From Alphaproteobacteria bacterium (GTDB taxonomy: Bacteria; Pseudomonadota; Alphaproteobacteria; ATCC43930; CGMCC-115725), in the NCBI GenBank assembly GCA_028871455.1, contig JAGWNF010000001.1, forward strand, positions 84,349 to 108,348: 24,000 nt of DNA. The letters run 5' to 3'. Of the stretch, positions 9,779 through 15,939 are shown piece after piece. Position 1 is the stretch's first letter; every line of letters starts with the position of its first letter. Made by a program: the position numbers and the translations under genes. The notes under the pieces are model-generated. The model did no database searches, was not told where the DNA came from, and saw only the letters and a program-made list of their open reading frames with translations.

Positions 9779-10624
9779 TTACGACGATAGCGCGTCCACC
9801 GTCGCTTCCATCTCGCGCGGCCACGCCGGCGTTAGCCGGCCGCCGATTCGCACCGGCGCGATTCGCCGCGCCAGACCGGTAGCGTCGTCGGTCTCGACGA
9901 CGACGGCGCATATCGTCGCCGGACCGTCGGCGACCTGCAGCCGTTCGACCGGCATCTTCTTGACGAAACGTGCGACTGCACCCGCGGCCTGCATGCCAAT
10001 CACCGAATCGTAGTCGCCGCACATGCCGACGTCGCTCATGAAGGCGGTGCCCTGCGGCAGGATGCGGTAATCGGCGGCCGGCACGTGGCTGTGCGTGCCC
10101 AGCACGGCCGAGGCGCGACCATCGCAGAAATAGGCCATCGAGGCCTTTTCCGAGGTCGCCTCGCCGTGGAAATCGATCAGGATCGCGTCGACCGAGCCAA
10201 GCCGATGCTCGTCGAGCAGCTTGGCCACCGCGGCAAACGGATCGTCGATCGCGTCCATGAAGAGCCGCGCCATCGCGTTCACCACCAGCACCTTGCGCCC
10301 GTCATGCGCGGCGAAAATACCGTGGCCGCGTCCCGGCGTACCGGGCGGAAAGTTCACTGGCCGCAGCAGCCGCGGATCGCCGTCGATATAGGGAATGATC
10401 TCGCGCCGATCCCAGACGTGATTGCCGGTGGTGATCACGTCGCAGCCGGCGGCGTAGAGCTGCTCGCAGATCTTGTCGGTGATGCCGAAACCGTGCGCCG
10501 CGTTCTCGCCATTGACCACGATCAGATCGAGCGCGAGCGACCGGCGCAGGCGAGGCAGTTCGGCGACCACAGCATCGCGCCCCGCCCGTCCAACCACGTC
10601 GCCGCACAGCAGCAACCGCATCAA
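9779..10624 (-). CDS. YmdB-like (TIGR00282-type) metallophosphoesterase
   Basis: Calcineurin-like phosphoesterase motifs in YmdB order: LLLCGDVVGRAGR, VNGENAAHGFGIT, TTGNHVWD, DFHGEATSEK, GTHSHVPAAD. Confidence 0.8.
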   Translation of the reverse strand: MMRLLLCGDVVGRAGRDAVVAELPRLRRSLALDLIVVNGENAAHGFGITDKICEQLYAAGCDVITTGNHVWDRREIIPYIDGDPRLLRPVNFPPGTPGRGHGIFAAHDGRKVLVVNAMARLFMDAIDDPFAAVAKLLDEHRLGSVDAILIDFHGEATSEKASMAYFCDGRASAVLGTHSHVPAADYRILPQGTAFMSDVGMCGDYDSVIGMQAAGAVARFVKKMPVERLQVADGPATICAVVVETDDATGLARRIAPVRIGGRLTPAWPREMEATVDALSS

Positions 10625-10631
10625 TCGATCC

Positions 10632-11237
10632 TCAGCCGGCTCGCTCGCGAAACCACAACACGCCGCGCTCGGTGATCACCACGTCGAGCGGCACGTCGGT
10701 CGCCTCGCACGGCAGCTCGCGCTCCTGCTGCACCGCGAAGGCCACGCCGATGACCATGAGCTTCGGATTGTTCGCGCGCAAGGCGGGCAGCGTGCGATCG
10801 TAATAGCCGGCCCCGGTGCCGAGCCGCGTCCCTTTGCCGTCGAACGCGACCAACGGCACGATCAGTGCTTCCGGTACAACGTCCGCGGCCGTCGCCGGCG
10901 GCGCTGGCAGACCTGCCGCATCCGTCGTCAGCGGCTCGTTGGGCGCCCAGGCGCGGAACACCATCGGTGAATTCTTCGCCATGACTGTCGGCAGCGCGAG
11001 GCAATAGCCGTTGTTCCGCAACGCTTTCAGTATCGGTAGCGGATCGACCTCCGAACCGCGCTGAATATAACCTGCGACTACGCAATGTGCTGGCAAATAG
11101 AGCTCGGGCAGATAATTCACGAGTTGCGCCGCGATCTGTATGCCGGTCGCGCGATATGCCATGGCGCGGCGCTCGCGTGCCTGCATTCGAAGGCTCGTTT
11201 TGAGCGCGGCAACGTCGGAAGGCGCTGATGAGTTCAT
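10632..11237 (-). CDS. ygfA: 5-formyltetrahydrofolate cyclo-ligase
   Basis: C-terminal motif PLVAFDGKGTRLGTGAGYYDRTL is typical of the family. The track ORF runs to 11330 but would overlap the 6S RNA candidate. ATG 11237 (MNSSAPSDVAALKTSLRMQARERR) gives a typical ~200-aa protein. Confidence 0.8.
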   Translation of the reverse strand: MNSSAPSDVAALKTSLRMQARERRAMAYRATGIQIAAQLVNYLPELYLPAHCVVAGYIQRGSEVDPLPILKALRNNGYCLALPTVMAKNSPMVFRAWAPNEPLTTDAAGLPAPPATAADVVPEALIVPLVAFDGKGTRLGTGAGYYDRTLPALRANNPKLMVIGVAFAVQQERELPCEATDVPLDVVITERGVLWFRERAG

Positions 11238-11256
11238 CGTATGGCGCAGACGAAAC

Positions 11257-11430
11257 CAAGTGAGGATGGAGCCGCGGCGGCCGTCGGCCTTGACGAACCC
11301 TCGTGGCCCGCTAACGCAGGTGGGAACCATATGCCGAAGCCACAGCTCCGGTAGGGACAGTCCCCGAGGTATCGATATCGGCCCCGGGGTTTCATGCGCC
11401 TAACGCACCGCGCAGCCCCATCCTCGAACG
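11257..11430 (-). ncRNA. ssrS: 6S RNA (SsrS) candidate; ends approximate
   Basis: The minus-strand RNA has a long closing stem. 5' GAGGAUGGGGCUGCGCGG (from 11425 downward) pairs with 3' CCGCCGCGGCUCCAUCCUC (ending at 11262), including a perfect 8-bp GAGGAUGG/CCAUCCUC core. Internal GCCGAUAUCGAUACC (rc of 11368-11382) and GGGUUC resemble, from my memory of E. coli 6S, the GCCGAUAUUUCAUACC and GGGUUC segments flanking the central bubble. Its position between zapA and the 5-formyl-THF cyclo-ligase gene is the classic conserved zapA-ssrS-ygfA synteny. Confidence 0.8.
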
Positions 11431-11769
11431 CTATAATTGGGTTGCTTCGAGCCGCGCCGCAACGGTTTCGATACGCAGCGCCAGACGCTCGATACCAGTA
11501 GCGACCGCCTCCTCGTCGGCGCCGCCGGCGGCTGCGCCGCCCGCGCCGCGCGTGCGTCGCAGCGTTTCGCGCGCTTCACTGAGTTCGTCCGCCAGCATCA
11601 GCGCCGCCATCACGAGAAGCCGCGCCTCGCCCGCCTGCGGCGCGTCTTTGGCGAAGCCGACGACCTTGGCATCGATGCTCCGCCCGAGCTGACGGACGCG
11701 ATCCTCCTCGCCGGGCTCGCAGGCGATCGTGTAGGAGCGACTGTTCACCACGACGGTGACTTGTGGCAT
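11431..11769 (-). CDS. zapA: Cell division protein ZapA
   Basis: MPQVTVVVNSRSYTIACEPGEEDRVRQLGRSIDAKV... followed by RLLVMAALMLADEL is the typical ZapA pattern. Its ATG overlaps the upstream gene's TGA by 1 nt (TGATG at 11771-11767). Confidence 0.85.
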   Translation of the reverse strand: MPQVTVVVNSRSYTIACEPGEEDRVRQLGRSIDAKVVGFAKDAPQAGEARLLVMAALMLADELSEARETLRRTRGAGGAAAGGADEEAVATGIERLALRIETVAARLEATQL

Positions 11770-11954
11770 CAGCCCTCCAACACGCGGTCCAGCCGGTCGA
11801 TCACGGCGTCGATGCGAGCGCCGACGTCCGCCGGCGGCCGGTTGGCCGCCACCTGACGCTGGCTCGCCGCCTTGCCAGAGACGGCCTCGACCGCCCCTTC
11901 GAGCCGGGCGACGGCTTGTTCCAGCCGGTTGGTCGCCTGTTCCATTCGGCCCAC
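11769..11954 (-). CDS. Small coiled-coil protein, DUF4164/ZauP-like (ZapA-associated)
   Basis: 61-aa ORF with heptad-like ends: NRLEQAVARLEGAVEAV ... ARIDAVIDRLDRVLEG. It is translationally coupled to zapA, the arrangement described for Caulobacter zauP-zapA. GTG start at 11954 is 5 nt after GGAGAC; alternative ATG at 11945. It is shorter than the DUF4164 proteins I remember, so the assignment is tentative. Confidence 0.55.
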   Translation of the reverse strand: MGRMEQATNRLEQAVARLEGAVEAVSGKAASQRQVAANRPPADVGARIDAVIDRLDRVLEG

Positions 11955-11982
11955 TATGCGTCTCCGGAGCGTGGAGGCTTCG

Positions 11983-12012
11983 ACTTTAGGCGCTTTGTAA
12001 ACGAAAGGTCAA
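11983..12012 (-). promoter_or_regulatory. Candidate sigma70-type promoter for zauP-like/zapA
   Basis: The minus strand reads TTGACC (rc of 12007-12012), an 18-nt spacer, then TAAAGT (rc of 11983-11988), about 28 nt upstream of the GTG at 11954. Pattern match only. Confidence 0.3.
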
Positions 12013-12114
12013 CGCAGCCGGGCACTTATCTTTTGGTCCAGTAACGGAGCATTAACCTTTAAATTGTCTTATACTCGCAACTAATGGCGACGATTCCCTA
12101 AGGAGCCAGGCCCG

Positions 12115-13089
12115 ATGACGGCGTCCGCCCTCTGGCAGTTCGACCAGCTTTCTCCCGAAGCGCGTGCCGCAGCGGAGAATGCGGCGCGGACCACCGGTCT
12201 CCCACTCAATCAGTGGCTCGGCCGTCTGATTGCCGAAACCGCAGCGGCCGAAGGCGTCGTGCTCGGCGCTGCGCCGCGTCCGGCCGCGCCGCCGCCGCTA
12301 TCGCCGCGCCCAGTGCCGCCAGTGCAGCCGCGCGCCGTCGTTCAACCCTTGCCGATTCGCCCCGTGGTGCCGCCGCGGGTCGTCGCGCCCACACCGACGG
12401 CGACCGGCGCGCCGGTCATGCCGCGTCCGATGACGCAACCCATCCCGCCCCAGCCTCACCTCGCGCCAACCAGCCCGGCGCAGCCGGTTGAAGCCACGAC
12501 CCTGATGATTGCGCCGACCGCAATCGACGCCGGCAGCGTGGGAACGCGCGGCGACGAGGCCGAAGCTCCCGATGCGCTGATCGCGGCGATCGCGCGCGAC
12601 GGTCTGCACCAGCCGATCCTCGTGCGCCGCAAACCGGACGGACGCTACGAAATCATCGCCGGCCGCCGCCGGTGGCGTGCCGCCAGGCGTATTGGCCTGC
12701 CGCAGATTCCGGCGGTCGTGACCAACTTCGCCGATCCCGAGGCGGTGCTCGCCTCGCTGACCGAGAATCTCGGTGAAGGCACGCTGTCGCCGGTCGACGA
12801 AGCGCGCGCCTATCTGCGCCTGCTCACGGAGTTCTCGCTCGATCCGCGCGACGTCTGCAGCGCCATCGGCCGCGATATGACTCACGTGGTGCGCACGCTG
12901 CGCCTGCTCGGCCTGTCGCCGCGGCTGCGCGGCTTCATCGCCAGCGGTCGCCTGTCGCAAGCCCAGACTTACGCCCTGCTCGACGCGCCCGATCCCGAGC
13001 GCGCCGCCGATCAGATGCTGTCCGAGCAGGCTGGCGTCAACGAGGCGCTGCGCAGGATCGCCGCCGTACCGGGGGGACAACGTCCATGA
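12115..13089 (+). CDS. Orphan ParB/Srx-fold protein: PodJ-like N-terminal module, Pro-rich linker, ParB N-domain plus HTH; no ParA partner
   Basis: AAGGAG at 12100-12105, 9 nt before ATG 12115. ParB box I-like: APDALIAAIARDGLHQPILVRRKPDGRYEIIAG. Box II reads GRRRWRAA where GERRxRA is canonical. Box III reads TENLGEGTLSPVDEARAYLRL where ENLQRxDLxPxEEA is canonical. HTH region: DVCSAIGRDMTHVVRTLRLLGLSPRLRGFI. About 145 N-terminal residues are not ParB-like, and the C-terminal tail is short. Confidence 0.8.
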   Translation: MTASALWQFDQLSPEARAAAENAARTTGLPLNQWLGRLIAETAAAEGVVLGAAPRPAAPPPLSPRPVPPVQPRAVVQPLPIRPVVPPRVVAPTPTATGAPVMPRPMTQPIPPQPHLAPTSPAQPVEATTLMIAPTAIDAGSVGTRGDEAEAPDALIAAIARDGLHQPILVRRKPDGRYEIIAGRRRWRAARRIGLPQIPAVVTNFADPEAVLASLTENLGEGTLSPVDEARAYLRLLTEFSLDPRDVCSAIGRDMTHVVRTLRLLGLSPRLRGFIASGRLSQAQTYALLDAPDPERAADQMLSEQAGVNEALRRIAAVPGGQRP

Positions 13090-15077
13090 TGCGCGAATTG
13101 CCCGCCGGCTGGTCCGATATGGACGTCGATCCGACATTGCGGTTGCTCGCCGAGCGCGCCGCGCGCATCGCCGGCATGCCGGTCGATGCATGGCTCGAGC
13201 GCGCCATTCGCCGCGCTTGCCCGCAAGCTTTCACGCCGCCGGCGCCGATGCCGGCCGCCTATGTTGAACCGCCGCGGTCCATGGCGCCGCCGCAGACGCC
13301 CTTGGCGCCAAGCGCCACCAACGGTGCCGGTGCCGCGCTTGCCGAGTTGATCGCGCGTGCCCGCCAGGCACAGCCCGAGCCACCGGTCGCACCGCAGCCG
13401 TCGCAATTCACTCCGCCACAGCCGGTGCTGCCGCAGCCTCAGTTCGTGCCACCGCAAGCCACACCGCAACAGCCGCAATTCGCCCCGCCGCAGCCGCAAT
13501 TTGTGCCGCCGCCGATGCCACAGCCACCGATGGCGCCGGCGATGAGCAACATGCCGTTCGGGGCCGCCGAACCGCCGACGCCGGTCGGCGGTGCGCATGA
13601 CGAGGATTTCGCTGGCCGGCAGCCGTCGGCATTGGAACGCGTTCGTGAATCGAAACGGCGCGCCGCCGCTTTCGCGACGGAGGTTGCGGATTGGCGTGGC
13701 CACGAGGAGCGCCCGCCTCGCTTCGGCGCGCCGTGGCCCACGCTCGACGAAAACGCCAGCGCGGAACCCTATGTGCCGTTCGACGGTGGCGCCGACTTCG
13801 ATATGCGTGAGCCGCTCGAGCTGCGCAATCCGATCCGTCGCCGGCGCTCGCGGCGTCCGTTGATCATCGCCGTCTGTATTGCACTTGCCGTTGCGCTCGG
13901 AGCGCTTGGCGCCCAGAAATTCATCGCCGGGCGGTTCGGCCGTCTGGCACCCAGCGAAAGCGCCAATCTCGCTGCACCGCCGATCGGCTCGTCGCCGAGC
14001 TTGCCGCAACATACGGCGCAATCGCTGCCTCTGCCCGTACCGCCGTCGTCGCCGCCAGCGCAGTCAGCTGCCATGCCGTCGAGCCCGCCCGCCGCGGTGT
14101 CGCAGACGACAACCAACGACAATGGCGCGTTGCTGCCGCCGGCGCTGGTGACGCCGCCAAGTTCATCGCCGCCGCCGCCCATGGCGGCGACGACGCCGGT
14201 CACACCGCCGACCGCGCTGAGCCCAACGATGTCGGTGCCGAACGCGCCACCGCCGGCCGTCGCGCCCGCGGAGCCTGAAGCGCCTGCCGTGACTGCCGCC
14301 GCGCACCCCGATACGCCGCCGCCACTGCCGCCGCGCAAATTGATCGCTGAGCGGCCGGCAGCCGCCACCGCATCGCAGCAGCAGGCGGAAGCTGCCGCTG
14401 CGGCCGCCGCGCGTCAAGCCGCGGTTGCCGAAGCGCCCAAAGACCCGACGAAGCTCGCAAGCTGGCTCGAGCAGCGCGCCAAGACCGGCGATCCGGTCGC
14501 CGAGTACCGGCTCGGCGTGCTCTATGCGCTCGGCCAAGGGGTGAAGCAGGACTACTCGCACGCGGCACAGCTCTTCAAGGCAGCCGCCAACGGCGGTGTC
14601 GCCGAGGCGCAGTACAACGTCGCCGTCATGTACAGCGAGGGCATGGGCGTGCAACGCGACCCTGTCCAGGCGGTGACCTGGTACAAGAAGGCCGCCGAGC
14701 AGGGTAACGCCAACGCCGCCTTCAATCTCGGCGTCGCCTACTCCAACGGCACCGGCGTACAGCAGGACATGCCGGAGGCCGCTCGCTGGTTCCGCCGTGC
14801 CGCTGCGGCGGGCGTGATCAATGCGCAATTCAATCTGGGCTTGCTTTACGAGCGCGGCGAGGGTGTGCCGCAGTCGCTGGTCGAAGCCTACGCGTGGTAT
14901 GCGGCGGCGGCCGCACGTGGGGATCAGGGTGCCGCACAGCGGCGCGACCACATCGCCAGTGCGCTCGGCGCCGCTGACCTCAAGAAGGCGCAGGCGCGCG
15001 CGACGCAGTTGCAGCAGATGATTCAGACCAGCGCCGCGGCGCTGCCGACGCAGAAGGCCAACGCCGCGTCGCCATGA
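13086..15077 (+). CDS. PodJ-like bitopic membrane protein: cytoplasmic N-module plus PQ-rich region, one TM helix, Pro-rich periplasmic linker, about five Sel1 repeats
   Basis: The ATG overlaps the upstream TGA as ATGA (13086-13089). TM helix after an Arg cluster: RRRRSRRPLIIAVCIALAVALGALGAQKFIA (nt ~13857-13928). Sel1 repeats at nt ~14490-14933: AEYRLGVLYALGQGVKQDYSHAAQLFKAAA, AQYNVAVMYSEGMGVQRDPVQAVTWYKKAA, AAFNLGVAYSNGTGVQQDMPEAARWFRRAA, AQFNLGLLYERGEGVPQSLVEAYAWYAAAA. Confidence 0.85.
   Translation: MMRELPAGWSDMDVDPTLRLLAERAARIAGMPVDAWLERAIRRACPQAFTPPAPMPAAYVEPPRSMAPPQTPLAPSATNGAGAALAELIARARQAQPEPPVAPQPSQFTPPQPVLPQPQFVPPQATPQQPQFAPPQPQFVPPPMPQPPMAPAMSNMPFGAAEPPTPVGGAHDEDFAGRQPSALERVRESKRRAAAFATEVADWRGHEERPPRFGAPWPTLDENASAEPYVPFDGGADFDMREPLELRNPIRRRRSRRPLIIAVCIALAVALGALGAQKFIAGRFGRLAPSESANLAAPPIGSSPSLPQHTAQSLPLPVPPSSPPAQSAAMPSSPPAAVSQTTTNDNGALLPPALVTPPSSSPPPPMAATTPVTPPTALSPTMSVPNAPPPAVAPAEPEAPAVTAAAHPDTPPPLPPRKLIAERPAAATASQQQAEAAAAAAARQAAVAEAPKDPTKLASWLEQRAKTGDPVAEYRLGVLYALGQGVKQDYSHAAQLFKAAANGGVAEAQYNVAVMYSEGMGVQRDPVQAVTWYKKAAEQGNANAAFNLGVAYSNGTGVQQDMPEAARWFRRAAAAGVINAQFNLGLLYERGEGVPQSLVEAYAWYAAAAARGDQGAAQRRDHIASALGAADLKKAQARATQLQQMIQTSAAALPTQKANAASP
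13374..13535 (+). repeat. Imperfect in-frame tandem repeats encoding a PQ-rich tract inside the Sel1 gene
   Basis: Encodes PEPPVAPQPSQFTPPQPVLPQPQFVPPQATPQQPQFAPPQPQFVPPPMPQPPMA. The DNA shows recurring ccgcagccgcaattYgYgccgcc-like units. Confidence 0.6.
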
Positions 15078-15085
15078 TCGGCGCC

Positions 15086-15937
15086 TCAGCTTAGCAGTCG
15101 TCCCGTCGCCACCCACCAGTCCGGGCGGTTCGCACGCAGTCGCGTTGCGGCCGCTCCCGCCGCATTGGCGTCGGCGAACAGCGCGAAACAAGTCGCGCCG
15201 CTGCCGCTCATGCGGCTGAGCAGCGTGCCGTCGCAGTCCGCAAGCGCGGCCAACACCTCGCCGATCTCGGGCACGAGAGACCGCGCCGCGTCGGTCAGAT
15301 CGTTGCGGCGCGACCGCAGGATGGCGGCGAATGCCACGGCGTCATCGGGGGTTTCGGCGAAGCGCGCGGCTTGTCCGAACGGACCCTGTCGTGCCTTGTA
15401 GACATCAGGCGTCGGCAGCGGCCGGCCGGGATTGACCAGCACGACGTAGGTTTCGGGTAGCGCTGGCGCCGGCGCGATCAACTCGCCGACGCCGCCGACG
15501 AAGACGGCGCGCCGCCTAAGACAGACGGGCACGTCGGCGCCCAGCTTAGCGCCGAGTGCGGCCAGCCGTTCGGGCGCGAGCTTCGCCTGCCACAACGTCA
15601 TCAGCAATGTCAGCGTCGTCGCCGCGTCGCTCGAGCCTCCACCGATACCCGATGCAACTGGCAAATGCTTCTCGAGGGTGATGAGCGCGCCGGGCGGGCA
15701 GGCGAGCTCTTGCGCCAGCGCGGCGGCGGCCCGCCAGACCAAGTTCTGCGCCGGGTCGTGCGCCGCAAGCCCTTTGCCGAAGGGACCGGTAATCGCGACT
15801 TTGAGGTTGTTTGCCGGGCCGACGGTAATCTCATCGCCGATATCGGCGAAGGCGACCAAGCTGTCGAGCAAGTGATAACCGTCGGCGCGTCGGCCGGTCA
15901 CGTGCAGATAGAGATTGATCTTCGCCGGGGCGAGCAA
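15086..15937 (-). CDS. ispE: 4-diphosphocytidyl-2-C-methyl-D-erythritol kinase IspE
   Basis: [25 protein letters not shown] and the GHMP-kinase motif [14 protein letters not shown]. The track ORF runs to 16084, but its first 49 residues are Arg-rich and overlap the upstream TPR gene. TTG at 15937, 2 nt after the TPR stop with AAGGTGAG 12 nt upstream, gives (M)LAPAKINL. The start remains uncertain. Confidence 0.85.
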   Translation of the reverse strand: MLAPAKINLYLHVTGRRADGYHLLDSLVAFADIGDEITVGPANNLKVAITGPFGKGLAAHDPAQNLVWRAAAALAQELACPPGALITLEKHLPVASGIGGGSSDAATTLTLLMTLWQAKLAPERLAALGAKLGADVPVCLRRRAVFVGGVGELIAPAPALPETYVVLVNPGRPLPTPDVYKARQGPFGQAARFAETPDDAVAFAAILRSRRNDLTDAARSLVPEIGEVLAALADCDGTLLSRMSGSGATCFALFADANAAGAAATRLRANRPDWWVATGRLLS

Positions 15938-15939
15938 GC

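Noticed and set aside
11140-11403. 87-aa plus-strand ORF, and the 5' extension of the cyclo-ligase ORF to 11330
   Set aside because: Both overlap the 6S RNA candidate, have no protein-family features, and are better explained by the RNA gene.
12052-12066. TTAACCTTTAAATTG as a CtrA binding site in the divergent spacer
   Set aside because: The two TTAA elements are separated by 3 nt rather than the canonical 7. TTAACCTT is only a partial match to the TTAACCAT variant.
12115-13089. The ParB-like gene as a marker of an integrated plasmid, prophage or other mobile element
   Set aside because: There is no parA, integrase, transposase, tRNA target or flanking direct repeats. No compositional break is visible by eye, and both flanks are core housekeeping genes.
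13374-13535. Repetitive DNA as a possible CRISPR array or non-coding VNTR
   Set aside because: The repeats are short, imperfect, have no spacers, and lie in frame inside a well-supported CDS encoding a PQ-rich tract.
12298-15191. Minus-strand ORFs 12298..13191, 13011..14021, 13769..14368 and 14163..15191, antisense to the ParB-like and Sel1 genes
   Set aside because: They are Arg-rich shadow frames. The plus-strand genes carry recognisable ParB, TM and Sel1 features, an RBS and an ATGA junction.
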